Shown: piece by piece, positions 39,800 to 51,436 of the stretch
Layout of the letters: every line of letters begins with the position of its first letter
Numbering within the stretch: the stretch's first letter is position 1
Made by a program: the position numbers and the translations under genes
Origin: Batkoa obscura
Lineage: Eukaryota
Assembly (NCBI GenBank): GCA_030770535.1
Contig: JASVEC010000013.1
Span: 310,001 to 374,000, forward strand
Reading direction: 5' to 3'
Length of the DNA stretch: 64,000 bases
The notes under the pieces: model-generated
Told to the model about the DNA's origin: nothing
Databases searched by the model: none
What the model saw: the letters and a program-made list of their open reading frames with translations, nothing else

Positions 39800-40546
39800 T
39801 AGGTAATAAATTATTAGTGTTGATAAATATTGTTAACTCTTTTTGTTGTTGTCCAAGATGCTTATATACTTTTATTAGACACATCAAATTAAACTAGAGT
39901 TAAATTATTTCTAGATTTTTAATAATATGCTTGAATCCAATCTATTGTTATGGAGATCAAATAAGAAATAACAAGTAAACAAAAAAGTCTAGTTAATTTT
40001 AGATGGTTTTAAATTGGGGTCTAACATGGGTGTTAATATATTTAAAAATCCATATTATGCAAAATAAAATCAAACGATTATAATTTAAGGCTTAAAGTCT
40101 ATTTCGAATTATTACACATAAAAATATGTTGGTAAAAAGTCTTGAAATTCTGTTAAAATTTTAAGCTCAAGCACTAACTAAGCAGTTTCTTGACTTGAGA
40201 CTTTAAACGGAAGAATTGTGTGTAAATAGACACCTTAAATGTGCGTCTAAAAATTGCACTTGGGAGCTAAAAGCTTACTTGAAATATATTAAACACTTTT
40301 AACACTAAGGCTCGGTTTATAAAACGTAGTTCATCTAGAATGTGTTACCCTAATATTATCTAAACGTGTAGTTGGTTGCAATAAAGTCCATATTATATTA
40401 TTCTGTTCATTTCAATATAAACTTTGGTTCCGTCAAATTTTATTTTTGAACTAGCCTAATATTTTCTTAATTTCAGGGGGAAAATAAAACGCCATAAAAT
40501 TACTACCCAAATGGCTACTCAGTGCTTTAAGCTTTTGAAAATTAAC

Positions 40547-40644
40547 TATAGGTCGTCAAGTTTATGCTGAAGGGTCTTAAATGTCAAACAAAAATACATT
40601 TTCAATAAATAAAAAGATTTTCAGCATAAACTTGACGACCTATA
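40547..40644. mobile_element. 98-bp element with 25-bp perfect terminal inverted repeats (second MITE-like family)
   Basis: TATAGGTCGTCAAGTTTATGCTGAA ... TTCAGCATAAACTTGACGACCTATA around an AT-rich spacer. Confidence 0.6.
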
Positions 40645-40806
40645 CACTCTAGAATACCCATCTAATTCTAATTTACTATAAGGGGTGATAAATTTAAAAC
40701 AAGCCAAAAAATTTAAGTATGTGTGAAAATCAAAAAATGAACCAAGTTAGCCGAACGTTCATAAAAACAAAGATATATAAACACTCGAAATAATACTCAA
40801 AAGAAT

Positions 40807-41874
40807 TATCAACAATTAATATCAAAAATCAATTCTATCTATCTCTTAATTTATTAAAATTATTAATACTACTCTAATTATTAAAATGGTTAAATCTATC
40901 CCTTTCATGATTGTCTTGGCTTTGACTTCCATCCTTGCTGTTCCAGTTCCAGATAATTCTATATCTCAAGTCAGTGGTTCAGGTGCTATTGGTGGTGTAA
41001 CTCATGGAGGAAGTGTTGCTGTAAACTCATCTTTTGGTGCTGCAGCTGGAAGTGGTTCCAGTACTAGTTTCGGTAATTCAGCTGGTGTTGGTTCAGGACC
41101 AGGTTCATCTTTTGGTGCTAGTTCTAATGTAGCTGCAGGAGCTGCTACCCCATACAGCAACAATTTTTCATCTGGCAACAATGCTATTTCTGGTGCTACT
41201 GGTGATAATGGATTTGTTAATGTAGGATCTACTTTTGGAAGTACCAGTAACGCTTTAGGCTCTGCTGGTTCTGGTAATACTTCTGGTGTCACCTTGGGCT
41301 CTGCTGGTTTTGGATCATCTACCAACTTCCAAGCTTCTCAAGGCAACATCTTTAATCAATCTGGTGTCACTGGTTCAGGTACTAGTTATGGTCAATCCCT
41401 TGGTTCATACTCTGGTACTAATGCTGGTAACAATGTTGGAATCATTGCTACTGGAGCTGGATCTATCGGTTCTTCTAACAACTATGGTTCATCTACTGGA
41501 CTTGGTGTCATTGGTGCTGGTACTAACTTCGATGCCCATAATAAAGCTACCCCATACTATTAATTTAATAAATAAAAAGTAATACTTAAAATTAAAATTA
41601 ACAATTAACAATTAACAATTAACAATTAACAATTAACAATTAACAATTAACAATTATTGAATCCAAAAACCTTTTTTCTATCAGATAGCTGTTAAAATTT
41701 AAATATAGTTCCTCACAAAATTTCTTAGGCTAGTATTTGTGGTTGCTTTTTCCAAAGCACAATCCTTAAGCTTTAGCGAAATTGTATGATATTTTATTCC
41801 TAATGGATAGTTTTTCACTGCACAATTAAACTTTAACAACTATATTCATTGTTAAGTTTATTATAAGCATTTAC
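40807..41874 (+). repeat. 1068-bp inverted repeat, right arm
   Basis: Reverse complement of 33892..34959, with sharp boundaries at both ends. Confidence 0.9.
40886..41563 (+). CDS. Secreted Gly/Ser/Asn-rich protein, copy 3
   Basis: Identical translation; lies within the 1068-bp inverted repeat shared with copy 1. Confidence 0.85.
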   Translation: MVKSIPFMIVLALTSILAVPVPDNSISQVSGSGAIGGVTHGGSVAVNSSFGAAAGSGSSTSFGNSAGVGSGPGSSFGASSNVAAGAATPYSNNFSSGNNAISGATGDNGFVNVGSTFGSTSNALGSAGSGNTSGVTLGSAGFGSSTNFQASQGNIFNQSGVTGSGTSYGQSLGSYSGTNAGNNVGIIATGAGSIGSSNNYGSSTGLGVIGAGTNFDAHNKATPYY

Positions 41875-43604
41875 CGACTTTTCAAAGGTTTATATTTTCG
41901 AATTTTTAGTATCTTTTGCTTGTTACAATCTACTTTTATGAATTACAGAATTCAGTCTTTACATGCTACGAAGTTCTTACATATACTAAATTATTGTTTA
42001 TATTTTATAAATATTGTATCATTTAAATATTTATTTGTAATAGTAGTTAAATCTTATTCAATTCTGCTCAATTGGTTAAGTATAGACATTATCTTAAATA
42101 CTCACTTTTTGTACACTTTTTAAAGTAAATTATAATCAACATACATTAGTAGTTGCTATGATTACATATTTTCATCAAGATGTGCATATTTGGATTTACT
42201 TTGTTGTACTTCATTATTTGCTATAGTCATATAATTCTATTTTATAAATATATCATTGTCAAAATTTCTTAAGGAAAGCTAAAAAAAATCTATACGTATT
42301 AAAATACATGTTATGCAGATGACAATGTCGTTTTCACATAAGATTGTTAATTTTGCTTATGAATTATTTATAATTCTCCATTTTGAATCCGAAAACTATG
42401 GAATAACTACAACTTAGAGTATAAAGTTATGAAGGCACAATTTGGCTATCCGTATATTTCCTATTTTAAGAATACACAGTTTTAATTGTTGCTTAACTTA
42501 GATATAATTAAAATTTTAGTCCATTGGTTTTCACTTTTATTGCTTGCCCAAAATGAACAATCTAATTTATTAATAATATAAGATAAATACTTAATATATA
42601 TCCTTTACAGAAGGACAATATATAATCAATACAATAATTGCTTTTTAAAGACGTAGGATTCGATTTACATATTGATTGAAATGACTGTGGATCTATTGTG
42701 TTACACATGTGGCTATATTTTTCAAAGGTTAGGCTAGAGTCAAAATTGTGGTTTAAGCCAAAGTGTTGAGATTCAATATTATTTAATAAAATACTATATT
42801 TGAATACAAGCTATTGTTTTTAATATATTTATAATAACAAAGCATCATTAGATAAAAATGATAATATACTTTTATAGGATATTTTTAATTTAGCTTAGTA
42901 TAAAATTACAAGACCTTAACACCAACATCCCATGTAAAATCGCGTCTAAAAACATTAACCCATTTAATATAAATCAAAGCAAGCATATCCAGCCCTTTAA
43001 AACAAAAAATCAATTTTATATTAAAATGGTTTAGAATACCTGTTTTTTTAATACGTTCTGCTTATTATCAAGTGATGTCAATTTTAAATAGGTTTTTTTA
43101 AATTTGGATGTTAAATTTTTGATTCATTGTCTTTAGTAAAAACCTATAGTAAAAATAAAGCTACAACAGAGGAGGGTTTTTCTTTAGTTTAAGCATAATA
43201 GTTTATGCTCTTTTTCTTTTGGTATAATTGTTACTTTTCTTTTTACTCATAAGCAAAAGTTACTGTTAGTTTATTAGCTTATGCTTAATACAAAACATTG
43301 CTTTTTTTGCTAAAGCTATTAAATTGATATTTCTTTTTATATCAAACTCATATATTAAATATTAAATAGGGAGTTTTAATTATACGGGTCAGTGTCATAG
43401 ATACTGGCAATAAATTAAATTTAGATCTAAGGTTAAAATTGAGAGTACTAAATAAAACAGGAAATCAACAAATTAAAAACAAGCTCTGAGGGCTATTGGT
43501 AGTATAAATTGAATTATTACACAATCTAAGCTTTATAGGGTTTATATTAGCTTATATAAAGAGGCAGTCCAACAAAAAAGCTTTTTTTAATTTAATAAAT
43601 AAAG

Positions 43605-44540
43605 ATGGAGGTATTGGTTGAAGATGATGTAAAATTTTCCCTTCCCTTAGGAATTGTTATATTTATAATTGGGATAGCTTCGATTATATTAAATGGGTTA
43701 GTGATATATATAACTAATTTAAAGAACAATGTGAAAAGTAAAATAGATGCCCAATTGATCTTTTTAATAGCTGTTTTCGATAGTATTTCATCTTTGTTTG
43801 TTGTGATTTCCCAAATGATTGAATGGGGTTCCACAGATCCATTAAGTTTTAGGACAAGCGCTTGGTGCCACGCAAGCTCGATAATTTATGATCCATCTAC
43901 AATTATCGCGCTATGCTTAACAAGTCAATTATCAATTATGAGGTATTTAATTATAGCCAAATCTTATAAAATATCAACAGTCTCTAGTACGATTGTTTCA
44001 GCTATTATAATCTCAGCTATATTAACTATCTTTACCGTTACAACAGTTTATGGTAATTCAAAGTTAATGCCATCTGGATTTTATTGTATCCCAATCAACA
44101 AAGTGATAGGCTCGGTTGGGGATTTGTTATTTGGAGTCTTTTGTTTAATAACGGTTGTGCCTAATGTATTCATTATTCCAATTTGCTACACCTCTATCTC
44201 TTGGTACTATCAGAAAATTACCAATAATTTGAATGCGGAGCATATTAAAGTTCAACGAAGTTTTTTTCAAAAGTATTCGTCATTTATCGGACTAGTAATA
44301 TTTGCTTTTTTTTACCTATTATGTATATTACCAGAGCTGCTTGTTATTAGCTTCGAATCTACTAATAGCTTTGCATTAAGCTCACATATTATGGATTGCT
44401 TTTCTTTTGCTTTGTTTTATCTTATTACGATTTTAAACCCCCTATTCGTCTTGACATTGCACTCTGAATCTCGCAATGAGTTACTATCATTATTTACAAA
44501 AAGATACAATTCTTCTAATATAAAATTTGAATTAGAATAA
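43605..44540 (+). CDS. Class A-like 7TM receptor, subfamily II
   Basis: 311 aa; TM1 LNGL, TM2 FD, AWC, IMRY, PSGFYCIP, TM6 CILP, TM7 LNPLF..LH. TATATAAA upstream at ~43553. Confidence 0.82.
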   Translation: MEVLVEDDVKFSLPLGIVIFIIGIASIILNGLVIYITNLKNNVKSKIDAQLIFLIAVFDSISSLFVVISQMIEWGSTDPLSFRTSAWCHASSIIYDPSTIIALCLTSQLSIMRYLIIAKSYKISTVSSTIVSAIIISAILTIFTVTTVYGNSKLMPSGFYCIPINKVIGSVGDLLFGVFCLITVVPNVFIIPICYTSISWYYQKITNNLNAEHIKVQRSFFQKYSSFIGLVIFAFFYLLCILPELLVISFESTNSFALSSHIMDCFSFALFYLITILNPLFVLTLHSESRNELLSLFTKRYNSSNIKFELE

Positions 44541-45830
44541 AATATGAGTTGATATTTAAAGTTTAATTGAACTTATATGCAAATTTAAGTCACATGCTGC
44601 TTCAACTTACAAACTCCTTTATCTATATCATACAAAAATACGTACCTTCCTTTGATATTTGATCCATAAATTTAGAATGCTTAAATATTTTAACACTTGA
44701 GTTAAAAAGTAACTAAATTATCTTACTAAACACAATTGCCTTTAGCTTATAATGTATTCTTGAAGACTTTAAATGATACTCAAAATTGATTATTTATTAT
44801 CTATTCCTAATATTTTTACATTCAATTTTGACTTCCATGCTATACTTTTTTAGAATTTCTATAAATTTAATAAAAGACATTTATTTGATAAATTTGAAAT
44901 TATAATAGTATCCGAGTTTCTATTATAAATGATATATTATTATTTAAAAAGTACTATTTATAGTATCGCTTTTAAATAGCATTAATGAAAGTAAATTATA
45001 TATTGTTTCAAGCAGATAAGGAAGCTAATAGATGAAATAAAAAACATTTGGTTTTTTTTGAAGAATTTTCAGTTTAAATTAGACTTGCTTAGTACTGCTT
45101 TTAACTTATGCTTCTGAAAGTAATATTAAAGAAATACCTTGTTATATAATTTCATAAACTAAAAACCCTTCTAACATATAAAAAAATACACAATGTTATA
45201 ATGTCCAAAATTGCATTGATTTTTAACAGTAATAATATTTAAACGTAAGAATAAATCACCATGACTTATATTCTGCTATTGCTTTATTTTAAATAATAGA
45301 ATAATACTTGTTAATAGCTTGTATATAAGCTTTGACCACTTACTAATTTTAAATTTTCGAATTGATCTATTGCGATCCCTAAATTTTTAGGCAAATCTAT
45401 ATATTATTGCCCAAAATAAAAACTAAAAATATTGCTTAAAAGCATTCATAAAAATATTAGAATGATTTTATTTAAAAAATTCTAAAAATTAGAGAACTAT
45501 TAAATAATAAGTTGAACAATATTATTGTATTTGTTATCACTTTCCATGAGGCTTACCTTATCTATAATTACCCTTGCGAATAAATCATTATGAATAATTA
45601 CAAATTAGAATAATTGTATAAAATCAAATCAATGACATCTAGAGTCTCGCGTAAGGTTTAAATAACAAACTATCAGCTCATCACATTTTAATGTTTAATA
45701 AATCAGTTATGTATTTAGAATAATTTTAAAAGGCTATTTATTAAGTATTTTAAGTTATTTACATTGCTATATAATCAGTTGGCTCCATAATCGCTCTAGC
45801 ATATAATGAAATAAACTCAATGCTAATTGC

Positions 45831-45934
45831 ATTTGAGGATGTTTTTTGGTTTCATTATTTTTTCTATTTTTTAGGCGCTGTTTGAGTGGAAGACATGTTA
45901 GTAAATTTCTTAAACAAAAAAATACATCCCTATT
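45831..45934 (+). mobile_element. MITE family A copy
   Basis: Consensus match. Confidence 0.8.
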
Positions 45935-46571
45935 TAGTAAAAATGAGAAAATAAAACAAATTAAATCATACACAAAGCAAACCCCTATTAATAAGTTTAG
46001 CTAGCAAAATAGATTCACTGTCATATAAACAATACTTGTTTTTAATATTGCGTTTTTAAAAAAGCGGCTTCAATTTCTTTTTGACGATTTGAGCAGCTTA
46101 ACATGATGCTTCCTTCCTACTTGTTAAATAAAAACCTGATTGGAACTAAGGGACATTGGTATTTCGATTAATAAATTCAAATTGGGCTAAAAATATTTGC
46201 TTTTTGGTCAACAAATTTTCAGTCTTTTCAATAAATAGCTGCCCGATTTTTTAAAAGCATCATTACAGTTGTTCCTTTGAGCTAATTAAAAAATCTTAGC
46301 TAGTTTCAATCAAAACAATATAAGGTTAATAGCTTTATATTAAGTCAAAATTCTTAAACAAAATAATAAATTACTTTATGCAACATACTTTGATTATAAT
46401 TCGACTTTAGCATCTAAATACTACTATAATAATTTTTGTCAATATTGATATTACTTTTTACAAAGCTTTAATTTAAAACATTAATTTAAACAAATGTGTT
46501 ATTATTTTATTAAAACAAAAACATGAAATTACTGATATTATTTTGTATTACAAAAATTATAGAACATTAAT

Positions 46572-47504
46572 TTATTTTAACTCTACCCTTGAGTTAAAAG
46601 TACGATAGTGGGTCATAAATAATGATAATATTTCACTACGGGATTCTGAATGCAGCGTTAGAACAAATAGTGGATTTAAAATTGTTACCAAAAAGAACAT
46701 TATGAAGGCAAAGCTATCCATACCATGCGAGTTTATTATAGGACTATTGACAGATTCAAAAGCAATCATAATAAGCTCAGGTAGGAGACAGATTACGTAA
46801 AAGAAAGAAAACCCTACTAATCCAAGAATTGAGGAATACTTTTGTGAAAAACTTAAGTATCTTTTATCAATTACATTCAAACTCTCAGTTACTTTTTTGT
46901 AGTGAAAAGAAATAAAAAGATAAGCAATAGGAATGATGAAAAAATTGGATGCTACTAATATTATTCCAAATATTCCAAATACAATATCTCCAGCTGAACC
47001 TGTCACTTTATTAACAGGTATACAATAAAGACCAGACGGCATTAATTTTAAATTTTGAAAAACTGATGTAGTTACAAGAACGGAGAATATAGTAAATAAT
47101 AATATAGTGAAAATTGCTACATTAAGCTTGGTGGATATTTTACGTGATTTGACTATAACCAAATATCTCATAATCGATAGCTGACTTGTTAAACATAATG
47201 CAGCAACTGTAGCAGGAACGTAAATAACTGAGCTCAGTAAACACCAACTGCTTGTCCTAAAATCCAAAGGGTTTGAAGAATTCCATTCTGTTATTTGGGA
47301 TACTAATACAAATAGAGATGAAATAATATCAAAAACAGCTATTAAAAGGATTAATTGATAATCTATTTTGTATTTTATATTGTTTTTTGAACTGGAGATA
47401 TAGACGACTAATCCGTTTAAAGCGATTGAAATTATACCAATAATAAATACAATGGTGGCCAAAGCAAGAGAAAATTCTACTTTATCACTGGTAAGAATAT
47501 CCAT
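46572..47504 (-). CDS. Class A-like 7TM receptor, subfamily II
   Basis: Paralog of 43605..44540 in convergent orientation; ATG (MDILTS) at 47504; SWC, IMRY, PSGLYCIP, LNPLF. Confidence 0.82.
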   Translation of the reverse strand: MDILTSDKVEFSLALATIVFIIGIISIALNGLVVYISSSKNNIKYKIDYQLILLIAVFDIISSLFVLVSQITEWNSSNPLDFRTSSWCLLSSVIYVPATVAALCLTSQLSIMRYLVIVKSRKISTKLNVAIFTILLFTIFSVLVTTSVFQNLKLMPSGLYCIPVNKVTGSAGDIVFGIFGIILVASNFFIIPIAYLFISFHYKKVTESLNVIDKRYLSFSQKYSSILGLVGFSFFYVICLLPELIMIAFESVNSPIINSHGMDSFAFIMFFLVTILNPLFVLTLHSESRSEILSLFMTHYRTFNSRVELK

Positions 47505-47869
47505 TGTCAAGACTAAATTTAATTAAAAAAGATTAATTTTGCTAACACCTCTCTTTTTAAATTTTAAAAATTTCTCCAACTCATCGGATGTGATCTATCA
47601 ATCACAATTTAATGCGACTTACTTCTCATTTAGTAATTCTCTTAAGACAAACTGGTGTACTAATTACTCAGTGTTAATTTTATGTGTATTTTCTAACAAA
47701 CATCAACTTTTAAATTCAAAGTTAGAAATTTTTAAAAACATAGTTAATTGAGTAAACTCATAACAAAACAATGTCTCAATTAGCTACTATAATAAAAACA
47801 CGGCCTTCACGTTTTTCTAAAGTATAGTATAATTAAAAAGATGTAATAAAGACAGTGAATAATCTAAGG

Positions 47870-47961
47870 GCTAGTCTTTTTTTCCAACAATTTACTAATA
47901 GCTTTTCTCAATTTTAAAATGCATGAAAATAGAAAGAATAGTGAAACAAATCATTCTCATG
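47870..47961 (-). mobile_element. MITE family A copy (strongly degenerate)
   Basis: AATTTACTAATAGCTTTTCTC...GAAAATAGAAAGAATAGTGAAACAAA..ATTCTCAT. Confidence 0.4.
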
Positions 47962-49046
47962 TTATTTTCAACACTCCTTAAGGTTTTAACCTGAAATATT
48001 TTTGATTGTCGGTCTTGTTTTTCCTTTCAGTGGAAATATTGTAAATTATTTTAAGGTTATTTTGATATTAATTGGAGAACACCTTTATTTTAATATTTAT
48101 TAGTTGGTTTTTCAATATAGAAATAGTACAAACATAGTATAAAAGTTAAATGATCATTTGAGACAAAATGTTGTTCATTTTGTTCATTTTGTAAACTTAT
48201 TCTGATGTTTTAAAAGTAGAGGTGGATTATTCAAATAGATAATAAATGTTTTAAAGGATGGAATTATTAAATGAATGAATATGAAAACCTATTAAAATAA
48301 AACAATTACTTTGTGGTTAAATTATATTCAACAAATACAAATAAAGGCAATCGATGTTTAAAAGTTGGGGTGTACAAATTATAAATTTATGTAATGTTGC
48401 TCTATTTAAGATATCATCCCTGGTTCAAAGTTAAAACATTAATTTTACTTTAAGTTCTGCATTATTAATACTTTTTGAAAAAGCTTTCAAACTGGTTTAT
48501 AAACAAATTTAAATCAATTATTTGATTCCTTTTAACCTAATTCAAAATAGTCATTAACAATTCGATTACCAGTATTAGATAATACTAATAATTTATTCTA
48601 TAAAGTCAAAATCTGAAGGTCTTTGTGTTTTTTTAATAGAAACCCCATTATAGCAAGTGGAGAAAGTACAATAAACTTTTAATCTCTAATATTTATATAA
48701 AAATTCATTTGTTAAGAGAGGATTGTTTCCTTTAAGAAATATAATAAAACTATAAGTAAAAGTCTATTAAGTTAATAAGCAACCAGACTAATTTGCCATT
48801 TTTATACATTTATTTAAATTAAAAATTTATTTTGCTACCATCAAAAAATTTAATCTTTATCATGATTATTAATTATATATTTGAACTATATACAACGCAA
48901 TAAAAAATATTGCAGATAATTACATTAATAATTTTTGGTAGCTTATTTTATTTGATTAATTACTTGTATTAAATGTCTAATTTATTCAATGTTTTTTGAC
49001 ACAAATTTTGTAAAAAAGTTCGAATTTTCTCACTTCTATGATCTTC

Positions 49047-49150
49047 ACATAGGGATGTATTTTGTTTAAGAATCTTACTAACAATCTTTCCACTCAAATA
49101 GCGTTTAAAAAATGGAAAAAATAATAATGCCAAAAAAAACACCTCCACAT
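49047..49150 (-). mobile_element. MITE family A copy
   Basis: ACATAGGGATGT...ACACCTCCACAT. Confidence 0.8.
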
Positions 49151-50336
49151 AAAAATTTATAACAAATTCCCAATATATTTTTAATCGGTGATATGAATCC
49201 TGTACAGAACCTTTTATTACCTTGATTTCAAAAATCTAGGATGATTTTCCTATTTCAGTGCTCTCCTTTGAATAGAAGACCCTAATCAAATAGGAATTAA
49301 AACACTTCCTAGTCCTCTCAATCAGGCCCCAAAAAAGAGCTTGTTGCTCGAGCTCCCTAAGATTTCCCCTTGGTGTGATTAAACTCTACTCTTTCGTCTA
49401 CTTTTACAAGGTTTTATCTTCCTTTCTAAATAAAATTACTGTTTACCCTTTTGGATGAGTTGTTTAAAAAATTTGCATTTTTAATCTCCAGTTTTAATAT
49501 AAATTATGTTCAAATTATTATCAAAGATAAATTTTCTATATAATTTGTTCTTCATTAATTTTAAAAGGTGATTCTTATTAACCATTGGAGCAATTTTATA
49601 GCTACTGTAAGTGAAAACAGCTATGATTAAAATAAAAAATAGGTTTATCACTTTCTTTAGAGTAATTTAATTTTCAAAAGTTCAACCATTTCATACTTCT
49701 TTAAACGTTTACTACTTTTATTAAAATGAACACCACGAGATTTTCTGAATTTTTGATTAAAAAAGCCATAGTTAATTTAAAGCTGTATAAAAGCAAGAAA
49801 TATAAATAAAAACATAATATATATGGTCTTATATAAAACTAGGACGATTTACCAATAAAAATATTAACAAATAGTTTTACCCGTTTTGAGTTTTATATTA
49901 TTATTGTAGTTTTGTTAAAATAACGTTATAAGTTAAATATAAAAATGACTCTAATTCACTTTCTTGAAAAGGAAATTGGACTTACTAAGGAACAGACATA
50001 AATAAAATTAAGATTAGTATATAAACTAAAGTCAAATATAATATAAGGTATATCATTTAGATTGTGATCAATCAAAAGTAATATTTTAGAACGCATTAAA
50101 GTAGCTTGCTATTTTGTGTTAACATATATATATATGTATATAAATTATTTGAAAAAGCAATCAAGATAAAATGCTAGTAATAAGTTATTATTTTAGTTCT
50201 AATTTGAACTTAAGTTAAATCATATATTATTATCAAATCAGGTGCAGTAATACTCAAATTATTTATTGAAAGTTGATTTTAGATGTTTTATCTTTTATCT
50301 TTTTTAATAAAATAATAAAAATCAAAGGTCAATGAA

Positions 50337-51248
50337 ATGGAATTAAATCCGGCTTTTAAAATAGTAGTGTTTTGTGTAGCTCTTTTGGCATTTACTTTAA
50401 ACAGCTTAGTAATTTGGGTTACAGTAACAAGAGATAAAAGAAAAAGGGCGATTGACTCTCAATTAATAGGATTAATTGCTTTTTTTGATGCCTTCGTTTC
50501 AGCATTTACAATAGTATCCCAACTCATTGAATGGATTTCAACAACACCTTTAACCTTCGTATATGGTGCTTGGTGCTTAATTAGTTCTATGTTATTTGAC
50601 TCTTCAGTTATTATTGCTTTAGGTTTAGCATCCCAACTATCAATAATAAGATATTTAACTATTGTAAAAATGAAGGAAATAAAAAACAGCACGTCAACTA
50701 TTGCTTCAATTATAATCATTGCTTTTATATTAGTTATATTTATAATAGCTTCACTTAAAGGGAATCCAAGGTTAATGGCATCGGGGATGTATTGTATACC
50801 AATTCATAAACTTCAGGGATCAATTGGGGACACTATTTATAGTATTATAATGCTATTAATTATTTTACCAAACATTATTATCCTTCCAACTTGCTATTGT
50901 CTAATCAGTCGCCATTATCAAAAGGTAACACTTCGATTACAGTCGGATTTATTTAAAGTAAATAAGAAATCTTTTTACCAACAGTATCATCCTATTTTGG
51001 GCTTACTCTTAATTTCTATCGCATATATCTTTTCATTATTACCTGAGGTCACTATAATTACAATTGAGTCAACGAAATATAAAATTGCCAATATGGAACT
51101 TATTGGTTCTATCTCTTTTCTTTTTTTCTTTTTAATTACAATTATTAACCCACTATTTGTATTAACTTTACATTCTGAGTCTCGAAATAAGCTTATTGCT
51201 TTATTTACTAATAATAATCATCCAGGCGAATTAAATATTAATCAATAA
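50337..51248 (+). CDS. Class A-like 7TM receptor, subfamily II
   Basis: 303 aa; LNSL, FD, AWC, IIRY, ASGMYCIP, INPLF. Confidence 0.82.
   Translation: MELNPAFKIVVFCVALLAFTLNSLVIWVTVTRDKRKRAIDSQLIGLIAFFDAFVSAFTIVSQLIEWISTTPLTFVYGAWCLISSMLFDSSVIIALGLASQLSIIRYLTIVKMKEIKNSTSTIASIIIIAFILVIFIIASLKGNPRLMASGMYCIPIHKLQGSIGDTIYSIIMLLIILPNIIILPTCYCLISRHYQKVTLRLQSDLFKVNKKSFYQQYHPILGLLLISIAYIFSLLPEVTIITIESTKYKIANMELIGSISFLFFFLITIINPLFVLTLHSESRNKLIALFTNNNHPGELNINQ
50402..50910 (+). repeat. 509-bp inverted identity tract inside the receptor gene (pairs with 53634..54142)
   Basis: Both sense and antisense translations are identical over the tract (ORFs 50459..50719 and 53825..54085 are the same); sequences diverge immediately outside it. 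Confidence 0.9.
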
Positions 51249-51331
51249 ATAAAGTTTTATTATCAATACAATTTTTTTAATGCTTATACTATCAAAAAAG
51301 CAGACTTGGTTCATAGATTGCTTAATATAAC

Positions 51332-51436
51332 ATATGGGGATGTTTTTTTGGGTTCATTACTTTTTCCATTTTTAAGCGCTATTTGAGCGGAAAAGTCGTT
51401 AGTAAAATTCTTAAACATAAAAATACATCCCCATAT
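51332..51436 (+). mobile_element. MITE family A copy (near-consensus)
   Basis: ATATGGGGATGT...TACATCCCCATAT. Confidence 0.85.

Noticed and set aside
34184..41582. Alternative-frame and antisense ORFs over the Gly/Ser genes (98-109 aa)
   Set aside because: Shadows caused by biased codon usage; they start at non-ATG codons.
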